Shown piece by piece: positions 16,859 to 24,486 of a stretch of 30,854 bases of DNA (position 1 is its first letter; each line of letters opens with the position of its first letter). Below the pieces are notes generated by a model. It ran no database searches. It was given only the letters and a program-made list of their open reading frames with translations, and had not been told where the DNA came from. The translations under genes were made by a program, and so were the position numbers. Source of the DNA: a virus (taxonomy: Duplodnaviria; Caudoviricetes); the IMG/VR virus record IMGVR_UViG_3300030376_000714, positions 1 to 30,854 of that record; one strand, written 5' to 3'.

Positions 16859-16940
16859 TATTTTTAGATTTTGGCTTACTTTCCAAGTAGGACTTCAGCT
16901 TAGTTATGTTTGTTGATTTTGTTTTATAGTGTTTCTTCAT
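16818..16940 (-). CDS. Unannotated 40-aa basic ORF (MKKHYKTKSTNITKLKSYL...)
   Basis: TAATG-coupled to the adaptor gene. Confidence 0.4.
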   Translation of the reverse strand: MKKHYKTKSTNITKLKSYLESKPKSKNNDRSKRHNTSRNS

Positions 16941-17512
16941 TATATACTAGAATCTAAGAAGTTTCTTAAAGTTATTTTTGTTCCCTGCTTCATTGGTCTT
17001 TCTAGATTCATTCCGTTATAATAAGAGTTTTTATCTGGATCAACATCTGCACCACTATTAGTAGAGTACTCAGGAAAGCTAGCAGTATTATTACAGATAT
17101 ACGTAATCATTCTTTCTGTATAGTACTCTGCAGTATTCCTAACTTCCTCTCTAAGATGCTGCGCTTCTTCGGTTGATAATGCGTTTCCTGTTTCTGATGT
17201 CTTAGAGTAAATATTGCCATTTTCTATCTTAAATCTAAGAAATGGTACAGCGTGATAAAATGCCCAGTTTGGCAACATGTCCCCTATATAATCATCTAAT
17301 AAAGTCTTATATGCTTCATTACCTACATTACCAATAGTTCCTGCGCTAATCAAATCTTTTAGCTTTTGGTTAAGCTCAGTCCCTAGCTTAGTTTCTACAT
17401 ATAATTTTTGTGCTTGTTTTACATAAGGAAGTAATATATTTTGATCTACATTAAGGTTGATTGCAGTAGATTCTTTTAGCTTCTGTTCTGATATAAATAA
17501 TACGTATGCCAT
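16940..17512 (-). CDS. Putative head-tail adaptor/connector
   Basis: Helical 190-aa protein directly after the portal gene (LFISE..LKE, AQ..Y....LGT.L). Confidence 0.6.
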   Translation of the reverse strand: MAYVLFISEQKLKESTAINLNVDQNILLPYVKQAQKLYVETKLGTELNQKLKDLISAGTIGNVGNEAYKTLLDDYIGDMLPNWAFYHAVPFLRFKIENGNIYSKTSETGNALSTEEAQHLREEVRNTAEYYTERMITYICNNTASFPEYSTNSGADVDPDKNSYYNGMNLERPMKQGTKITLRNFLDSSI

Positions 17513-19509
17513 TATCTTACATTTTTATATTTAGCAATTAACTCAGGGTTTACAAATCCATGATTTGGCATGTCATGCGGAGCTACTGACACTTCTTTAG
17601 CGTTTCTAGGTAATTTAACACCTCTGCTTCTTGCTTCTGTTGTTGTTATTATTTGGTCTGAATTTTTAGGTCTATTACCTTCTTGTACTAATATAACCCT
17701 AAACCACTTATGCTTACATAGTGCGCCCCCTTTCCATTTCCAGATTGAGTAGGTATTAGATCCATATTCTCCCCAACCTGGATTGACTGGCTTAGTTCCC
17801 ATAGCCATAATATCTTCTTTACGGTACAACTTATTCGCATTTGTCATTTTTCTACAGAATTTTCTTTCACCTACACGACTTCCTGTGTACCTGTAACGTA
17901 CCCTATAAATATCATTTTCGTATTTTTCTTGTTTAGTCGTTTTATCTTGCCCAGACTTTCTATTAGGATAAGCAGAGCCAGTTGAAGCAAATTCATAATA
18001 ATCAGAATTTAATTCAGCTTCAAAGTCAAAATTTTCATCTTCTTGCTCAGCGTCCTCTTCGCTTATTATTTCATAACCTTCAGGCATATCTTCACCGAAC
18101 TCAGCAATAAAATCAGTTAGTTCTGTAGCCTCAGAATGCCCCTCACACGCCATATAAGACGTTTTGCCGTTATATTGATGCTCGTGGTAGCCCTCACACC
18201 CCAAAGTCTTTGCGTGAGCCTCAGCCTCTTCTTTTGTGCTAAAAACAGGTTGTCCATCAATCATACCAACTTTAGCTAGCTTTACATCTTGCTCTACAGT
18301 AGAATCTTCTTGTTCTAAAGGAGCTAATCCTATATCCTCTCTAACCTCGTCTTGTGTCATAACCTCTCTAATAGTCTTAGAGTCAAATTGTACTGTAATA
18401 GGTTTAAGCTGCACAAACTCTACTTCTAAATCCATATTGTTTACTGAAAATATAGTCTGCAAAGTGTTTAGTATATTTAGCTGAAATGGGCGTACTACGG
18501 TGTTTAGGTAAAAATTACTAGCGTTTATAAGCTCGTCAGTATTGCTTGAAAACCCATTAGCACTATCAATTCCCATTAATGTTTTAGATGTAACTCTATG
18601 TCCTGTGAGTATGTTTTGTACTAGCAGTTCTTGTAATGCAAGATACTGCTTATCAGCATCAGATACGCTAATAGGAGTTATTTCAGGTGTTCTAGTTCGG
18701 TCATCACTAAATGTAAGCACAAATTTACCACTATTCTTAGCTCCAGTAAACTTATCTGTAAGGCTTTGTTCTATTTGTCTGCGCTCCTCAGCAGTAGGAA
18801 TACCATTAGCGAAAGATATGAAATAAGATCCTGAAAATCCATTCTCTATATTGTTTAGATGAAACTCTGCTACTCTTTGATCTACTAAAGCCCAATTACA
18901 GGCAGCTAGATAATCTGGCGTGTGATATATATCCATATTAGGGCTGTAAGCTCCTGTATATAACAGTTGGCTGCTAGCAGTTCTATCGTTTACATTAAAA
19001 GCTGCTACAGGATAAGGCTTGTGCGCCCTAGTATTACCCCAGTCGGCACTTATAAAGTAGGTATCTACTTGTCCTAGCTCGTTTGGTCGTCCTGCTCTAA
19101 CGCGTTCTACTGGGACATGATAAAGCTCTGCAATCTCTGTTTTTTCTCTATTCCATATAATATGCAGGGCGTAAGCCCCTTGTAGCTTAAAATCAAATGC
19201 TACTTTTTTAATTACTTGATGTAAAGACTCTCTACTATTAGCGTTCCGCATAAATCTTTTTAACTTAACATAAGCGTCTAAATTAGTATCTTCATCAGTA
19301 GTTATTAAATCTTCGCCTGCTATCATTTCAGATGTACCGTTAATAATTGCAGCGTGCGTGCTAGAATTATAATACAGGTCTATAAGAAACTGAGGGTACA
19401 GGTTTTTCCAGTCATCTGTACCATATTCTATATAGTCACGACCTCTTACCTCTTGTACCACTGGCGCTGTTGAGGTTTCTAAGTTAATTGAAATAATATT
19501 GTCTTTCAT
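17512..19509 (-). CDS. Portal protein with C-terminal extension
   Basis: YG..N.YPQ.LIDLY..SSTH.AII, NNIENGFS and G..N.GKF motifs; extra His/Cys and GG.LC.H.W domains after about aa 410. Confidence 0.8.
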   Translation of the reverse strand: MKDNIISINLETSTAPVVQEVRGRDYIEYGTDDWKNLYPQFLIDLYYNSSTHAAIINGTSEMIAGEDLITTDEDTNLDAYVKLKRFMRNANSRESLHQVIKKVAFDFKLQGAYALHIIWNREKTEIAELYHVPVERVRAGRPNELGQVDTYFISADWGNTRAHKPYPVAAFNVNDRTASSQLLYTGAYSPNMDIYHTPDYLAACNWALVDQRVAEFHLNNIENGFSGSYFISFANGIPTAEERRQIEQSLTDKFTGAKNSGKFVLTFSDDRTRTPEITPISVSDADKQYLALQELLVQNILTGHRVTSKTLMGIDSANGFSSNTDELINASNFYLNTVVRPFQLNILNTLQTIFSVNNMDLEVEFVQLKPITVQFDSKTIREVMTQDEVREDIGLAPLEQEDSTVEQDVKLAKVGMIDGQPVFSTKEEAEAHAKTLGCEGYHEHQYNGKTSYMACEGHSEATELTDFIAEFGEDMPEGYEIISEEDAEQEDENFDFEAELNSDYYEFASTGSAYPNRKSGQDKTTKQEKYENDIYRVRYRYTGSRVGERKFCRKMTNANKLYRKEDIMAMGTKPVNPGWGEYGSNTYSIWKWKGGALCKHKWFRVILVQEGNRPKNSDQIITTTEARSRGVKLPRNAKEVSVAPHDMPNHGFVNPELIAKYKNVR

Positions 19510-19519
19510 AATTTTTATT

Positions 19520-20200
19520 TTATATTTCTGCTAAATATGCATTAACATTAGCAGTTAATTTTGAGTCAATAGAACTATATATTTGTATCTCCTCTATTGT
19601 CCCATCAAAAGGATTATTGTCCTCTTCTCTAACACCTATTGCGTCTATTTCAACTGATCCTGTTAAAGTTTGTGTTGAAGATTGCGCTACTCCGTTTCTA
19701 TATAAAGTCATTAAATTTGAGCTATCTCTTGTTATAAGAATATAATCATCTCCAAAAGTTCCACTATCTAAAGACAGATTTTTATTTGAGCCACCTATTT
19801 TAACAATTATCTTAGCACCACTTGCATCATATTTAAAAAACTCATTTGAAGTAGTATTGTCGCCTATTATTGTAGTATTATAAGCACTAGGATTTGCTCT
19901 AAATCCAATAGTAAATTCATCTTCTACAGTTATTTGTGATGTTGTTTGTAAATATTCGGTAGTAGAAGCATCAAAAGTTAAAACACCTGCCGAGTAAGCA
20001 GGTTGCTTACTTGCTGTGCCTTGAACCATATTAAAAGAGTTTGTAGAACTATCTGCCCAAGCAGATACATTACCACCATCTTCAGTAATTCCTGCCGCAT
20101 TTTTATACCAAGCTACCAAAGAACTTTCATCATCAGGTGACCAAGAAGCTCCTGAAGTTTTAATATTGTTTAAGCTTAATCCTAATTTAAGTGCTAACAT
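19520..20200 (-). CDS. LamG/concanavalin A-like virion protein
   Basis: LVAWY, VSAWADSS, LYRNG and FDGTIEEIQIY pattern. Confidence 0.7.
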   Translation of the reverse strand: MLALKLGLSLNNIKTSGASWSPDDESSLVAWYKNAAGITEDGGNVSAWADSSTNSFNMVQGTASKQPAYSAGVLTFDASTTEYLQTTSQITVEDEFTIGFRANPSAYNTTIIGDNTTSNEFFKYDASGAKIIVKIGGSNKNLSLDSGTFGDDYILITRDSSNLMTLYRNGVAQSSTQTLTGSVEIDAIGVREEDNNPFDGTIEEIQIYSSIDSKLTANVNAYLAEI

Positions 20201-20203
20201 ACC

Positions 20204-20479
20204 CTAAATTGAATAATCTTCTTGATAACCTATTCCAACTCCACTCGTGAGTTGTACCTGAGTTACGTTCATAAACAAAGTTGTTCCAGCAGGGAGCGTA
20301 GTATGTAATGCTGCTTCACCTGTTGCGTTTGATACTGTTATTGAAGCTACCACACTTTCAACAGGAAAGTAAACGCAATACCAATCCTTTCCTGTTTGAT
20401 TAGCTGTTGTGAATATTTCAGTTGCATTATTTTTTCCTAATTGCTCTGTTAAGAGTTGTTGTACATTTTCTATTGCCAT
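20204..20479 (-). CDS. Small virion structural protein
   Basis: Beta-rich; TLPAGTTL...LTSG. Confidence 0.55.
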   Translation of the reverse strand: MAIENVQQLLTEQLGKNNATEIFTTANQTGKDWYCVYFPVESVVASITVSNATGEAALHTTLPAGTTLFMNVTQVQLTSGVGIGYQEDYSI

Positions 20480-20492
20480 AATTTTTTATTTT

Positions 20493-21197
20493 TTATCCTG
20501 TATATATATAATTTGTTTCTTGAATACTTGCTGCTAATTGGGCTTCAGTTGTAAATCCGCCACCTGTTAATTCTACTAATGGTGTTGAAGTGTAACCATT
20601 TCCTGCGTGAGTTATTATTACCTCAGTTACTACTCCCCCATCAATATCGCAAGTGGCAGTAGCAGATGTTATAGGACTGCCACCTATTATTGCTATGTCA
20701 GGTGCTGAAGTATATCCTGCTCCACCTGATATTATACTTATTGTTTGAACACTTCTTCCGTTTTGAGAGTAAGTAACTTCTTCTGATCCTGCTTTTTCAG
20801 TTACATACATTTTACCTTTAGTAACCAGCCCCTGCACTATCCCACAACTTGGACAAGCAGAAAGGTCAAACTCAAATTCTGCTGTTGCTGGAGCAGTAGT
20901 AGGAGAAACCCCACCCCCTTTTAAAAAAGCAACTTCATAAACTTCATACTTCCAAAACCCTGCTTCTAAATTTACTTTTCCTGTGAATACATCAGGAGTT
21001 GCATCATAAACAAAATCTGATTTTGTATATCTTTCAAAAAGAGTTTCTGTTGCAGGATAAGCATATTGCACTGACCTATCCATATCATTTGTAAACTTAT
21101 ACAAATGGTAAATGAGGTAATTGCCTGACGTTTGTATTCTATTATCTTTAGTCTGAACGTAAGCTGAAAAGTTTGTGCCTGTTGTTGCTTGTATCAT
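20493..21197 (-). CDS. Virion structural protein with GxGYT repeat domain
   Basis: GFWKYEVYE core; two GAGYTSAP/GNGYTSTP repeats near the C-terminus. Confidence 0.6.
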   Translation of the reverse strand: MIQATTGTNFSAYVQTKDNRIQTSGNYLIYHLYKFTNDMDRSVQYAYPATETLFERYTKSDFVYDATPDVFTGKVNLEAGFWKYEVYEVAFLKGGGVSPTTAPATAEFEFDLSACPSCGIVQGLVTKGKMYVTEKAGSEEVTYSQNGRSVQTISIISGGAGYTSAPDIAIIGGSPITSATATCDIDGGVVTEVIITHAGNGYTSTPLVELTGGGFTTEAQLAASIQETNYIYTG

Positions 21198-21203
21198 ATA
21201 TTA

Positions 21204-21232
21204 ATATAATAGAAAAGTGCCGTTTTTATTTG
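21204..21232 (-). promoter_or_regulatory. Late promoter motif copy C
   Basis: CAAATAAA-N11-TCTATTATAT, ends 6 nt before ATG 21197. Confidence 0.75.
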
Positions 21233-21237
21233 ACTTA

Positions 21238-21266
21238 TAAAAGAAAAGAGTGGTAAAAACCACTCT
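21238..21266 (-). terminator. Intrinsic terminator after the major tail gene
   Basis: Perfect 8-bp stem AGAGTGGT/ACCACTCT with a 4-nt loop, then TTTCTTTT on the minus strand. Confidence 0.75.
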
Positions 21267-21298
21267 AATCAAGAATATATGAAAACTACTAAGAAATA

Positions 21299-21898
21299 TT
21301 AATCTATATCTATTGATACGTTTGTGAAAGCTCCATTATCAAATGGTGTTGTAGAATATGCTGCTACCATTGGTGCAGGTTTAGTCTCTAAGCCGTCAAA
21401 GGTAAGACTATAGCCATTTTGATCACCCCAAGCAGTTCCACTAATTTCAGTTCCACTATTAAGATACATACCATTTGCAGCTCCTAAGCAAACTATTTGG
21501 TCAATACCACTACTAACTTGTTGCCATAATTGAGCAAAAACTACCACTTTAGTTTTGCCTAATTTTTCTAATTCTGCTTGATCCTCTTTAGTAAGTTGAT
21601 TAAATACTAAAGTTAATTGAGGAGCATACATAATAGTTCCTGTATCTCTGGTGCCTGTAAGTGTTTCTGTAAGTGATGAAGTTCCAATAGGAGTGGCATA
21701 TCTTTTTAATCCTGTTCCTACTCCCATTTCTATATCAGTAACCTCTCCTGAAGCTACTACTATACCTGTTCCGTAAATCTCTCCTGTGTCAGCGTTAGCA
21801 TTAAAATCATCATAAACACCAAAGTAAACATACTTAATTCCACCCTGTATTCTGTCGCAGGTTAATCCCCGTCCTTTTGTAAGTGCTGTGCAAGCCAT
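21299..21898 (-). CDS. Major tail (tube) protein
   Basis: MAC..LTKGR...C....GGIKYVYF...GDQNGYSLTF.G.E; follows the MCP gene. Confidence 0.7.
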   Translation of the reverse strand: MACTALTKGRGLTCDRIQGGIKYVYFGVYDDFNANADTGEIYGTGIVVASGEVTDIEMGVGTGLKRYATPIGTSSLTETLTGTRDTGTIMYAPQLTLVFNQLTKEDQAELEKLGKTKVVVFAQLWQQVSSGIDQIVCLGAANGMYLNSGTEISGTAWGDQNGYSLTFDGLETKPAPMVAAYSTTPFDNGAFTNVSIDID

Positions 21899-21920
21899 AT
21901 TTTTATTTTTTAAGGGTTAA

Positions 21921-21950
21921 AGGAGCAAGGGTTTTTACACCCTCGCTTCT
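21921..21950 (-). terminator. Stem-loop (weak terminator/stability hairpin) after the MCP gene
   Basis: AGAAGCGAGGGT/ACCCTTGCTCCT imperfect stem with a short U-tract. Confidence 0.5.
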
Positions 21951-21964
21951 ATTAATTAAGTTTA

Positions 21965-22876
21965 TTACGATGTAAATACTACGTCTCCGCCTATTGCAGT
22001 TTGAACACCACCTGAGAATCGTGCTACCATTCTCATATTATCTGAGCCATCTAATTGAGCCATATCCATCAATTGTATTCTAGTAGCATCAGAGATAAGA
22101 TCCGTCCAGAAGAACATGTTAGATTTCTGAGCCGCTACAATTGTATCATTAGTCATTCCTGGACAAACAGCTAATTTAATTCCTTCAAATACTTTAGTAT
22201 AATCTTCATTCATGTTTGCATAAGGGAATGAAGTTAAAGCTGAAACTGCTTGAATATATAATCTCCAAGTTTTAGGACTTACATATAAATATAAATCTTC
22301 TTTTGGATAAACCGCAGTAGGAATTGCTGCTACTGTGTTTTGGAAGTTTTCAATTACGTTTCCTGCATTAATAGCTGAACCTGCACCACCAACTGTTGCA
22401 ACATCAGTTACATCACCATTAGCTGCTAAAACTCCTGTTGTAGTTGTGCAAAATCCGTTAAAAGATGCTGCCGTTCCTGCTCCTGCCCATACCATACCTT
22501 CAATTCCGTCTGCTATAATTTCTCCCATATAAGAGATTACATAGTCATCAAAAGACGCTGGTGGTGGCGCTCCTGCACCTGCTCTCATTTGCATCGCTTC
22601 CCATGAGTCTAAAAGCTCTTGTTTACAAAGATCAAGATTTACCATTAGATTAGTTGGTTGTAATACTGCTTCAGTTCCTGTAAGATTACCTTGTGAAGAA
22701 AAATCACACGCTGCTGCTACTATTAAACCTGAGTTTGAGTATTTTTGGATATTACTCTTAAATTTGATATTTTCTATCATTGACAAAAAGTCTAATGATG
22801 TTGATTCCTTTAATGCTGCATTTATGTAGAATCCTGCTGCTTTACCTGCATAGTTACTAGTTACTCCGAATGCCAT
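21965..22876 (-). CDS. Major capsid protein
   Basis: 303 aa following protease and scaffold; YAG..AG.YI, NIKFK, CDF and DGSDNMR motifs. Confidence 0.85.
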   Translation of the reverse strand: MAFGVTSNYAGKAAGFYINAALKESTSLDFLSMIENIKFKSNIQKYSNSGLIVAAACDFSSQGNLTGTEAVLQPTNLMVNLDLCKQELLDSWEAMQMRAGAGAPPPASFDDYVISYMGEIIADGIEGMVWAGAGTAASFNGFCTTTTGVLAANGDVTDVATVGGAGSAINAGNVIENFQNTVAAIPTAVYPKEDLYLYVSPKTWRLYIQAVSALTSFPYANMNEDYTKVFEGIKLAVCPGMTNDTIVAAQKSNMFFWTDLISDATRIQLMDMAQLDGSDNMRMVARFSGGVQTAIGGDVVFTS

Positions 22877-22889
22877 AATTTTTTATTTT

Positions 22890-23627
22890 TTATTGTTTAT
22901 TAAGGTTATGTAAAAATCTCTCTTGCTTAGACATTTTACTTACTGATTTAGTAGCAAATGGTCTTTCGTTTTGAGTAGAAAATTTATTAGTGTTGATCGG
23001 ATTGTCAGCTGGACTTGCTGCTAATTCCGTTTTTAGTTTTTCGTTTTCAGCTTTAAGCTTTTCAAGCTCCTCTTCTGCTGAAAATTCTTTTACTTCAGTA
23101 GTTTTAATAGTTTTAGGGTTTACAGAAGGCTCTGGAGTTTCCTCAGCCATTTCTTCAACCTCATCATCACCACCTACTTTATCTCTTTTAAGATCTGCTA
23201 CAGCATCTATTAAGTTGTTAACTTTGTCTTTCAATTCCTCATAAGACTTAGCCCAATCAGCTTTTTCTGCATCTGACTCAGGAAAAGCAAACTCAACCGC
23301 TTCTGCCATTTCTTCTTTATCTTCGTAATCAGCCTCAACCTCTTCTTCAGTGTCAGCCTCTTCCGTTTCTGACTCTATTACTTCTGCTACTATACCTTCT
23401 TCTTCAACTCTAAAAGATACACCAGTATCTGTCTTGTAAGTCCCTACTGGTAATAAAATTGTAGTTCCATCTTCTGTTAATACAGAAATATCTACGCCTG
23501 CTTCAAGCTCTTCAGCAGTAGACACAAAGATTGTACCATCTTCGCTTTTTGCTTGCCACTCTAATTTGATTGTTTCTTCAGCTTTATTCAAGCCAAGTGC
23601 TACTAATATTTGTTCTTTAATGTCCAT
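22890..23627 (-). CDS. Capsid scaffolding protein
   Basis: Very acidic, coiled-coil, LPVGTY motif; lies between protease and MCP. Confidence 0.7.
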   Translation of the reverse strand: MDIKEQILVALGLNKAEETIKLEWQAKSEDGTIFVSTAEELEAGVDISVLTEDGTTILLPVGTYKTDTGVSFRVEEEGIVAEVIESETEEADTEEEVEADYEDKEEMAEAVEFAFPESDAEKADWAKSYEELKDKVNNLIDAVADLKRDKVGGDDEVEEMAEETPEPSVNPKTIKTTEVKEFSAEEELEKLKAENEKLKTELAASPADNPINTNKFSTQNERPFATKSVSKMSKQERFLHNLNKQ

Positions 23628-23649
23628 AATTTCTTTTTTAGGTTCTGTT

Positions 23650-23679
23650 ATATAATAGAATAGTTAGTTACTTTGTTTG
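23650..23679 (-). promoter_or_regulatory. Late promoter motif copy D
   Basis: CAAACAAA-N12-TCTATTATAT, 22 nt before ATG 23627. Confidence 0.75.
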
Positions 23680-24381
23680 ATTTTCGCGTATTATCTCGTT
23701 AAGAGCTTTTAGTATTTCTTCATCAGTTGCTACTTTTTCTGACATTTTTTCCATTTTATCAGTAAAATATCCTTCAATAGATAATCCTTTTAAAGATCCA
23801 TCTTTTACCTTACTCCATAGTTCATCATTAGTTATTTTCATCTTAACAAACCATGTTCCATTAGGCAGGTCATAGCCATATAGCTTAGACTTATCCATAT
23901 CACCCTCTTTTATCCAAGACTCAACAGTTAATACGCCGCTTACTCTGTCTTTATGCTCATAAGTAGCTTTATGATGATTATTATGTTTTAAATATAATTC
24001 TGAAGCCTTGCGTACCGTATCAGGGCTAAAATATACGTAGTATTCACTATCAGTATTAGGGTTATATCTAAATATCTGTTTGTTAGGTATAAGCGCAGGG
24101 CTTACTATCATTCTTTTTTCCTCATCTACTTTAGCAAAAGTTAAGTTATTCTTTTCTTTTCCAAAATAAACAAAGTCTTGCTCAATTGCAGGTGCTGACA
24201 CTAAACTAATAGCATCTATTGCAAGTTCTTGACTATCATCATCTATTACTAGCTCTACAATAGATGTAGTCTTTTCGTAATAGTCTTTATTAGCCGCTTC
24301 ACATTCAGCTATTGAGTCATACTGACATTCGCCAGAGTCCCCCCATTTTACTTTTCCGTTTTCACATTCTTTACAAGGCAT
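23668..24381 (-). CDS. Prohead protease (XkdF-like)
   Basis: AISLVSAPAIE, PALIPNK, ESWI, LPNGTWF and GLSIEG. Confidence 0.8.
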   Translation of the reverse strand: MPCKECENGKVKWGDSGECQYDSIAECEAANKDYYEKTTSIVELVIDDDSQELAIDAISLVSAPAIEQDFVYFGKEKNNLTFAKVDEEKRMIVSPALIPNKQIFRYNPNTDSEYYVYFSPDTVRKASELYLKHNNHHKATYEHKDRVSGVLTVESWIKEGDMDKSKLYGYDLPNGTWFVKMKITNDELWSKVKDGSLKGLSIEGYFTDKMEKMSEKVATDEEILKALNEIIRENQTK

Positions 24382-24384
24382 ATT

Positions 24385-24413
24385 ATATAATAGATTTTTG
24401 GTTAGTTTGTTTG
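24385..24413 (-). promoter_or_regulatory. Late promoter motif copy E
   Basis: CAAACAAA-N11-TCTATTATAT, ends 3 nt before ATG 24381. Confidence 0.75.
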
Positions 24414-24486
24414 ATTTTTGTTGTTTCTAATGTCTTACACTTAATATTTGCAAAAAGCTCTTAAAACGCTTTAAAACGTCTAAATT

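Noticed and set aside
22106-22108. Trp (TGG) in the MCP segment NMFFWTD, where I recall Gly in similar capsids
   Set aside because: Single codon; could be a variant or base-call error, and cannot be judged without an alignment or reads.
24440-24482. TTAAAACG tandem and an AATATTTG promoter-like box
   Set aside because: Only two short copies and an imperfect consensus in AT-rich DNA.
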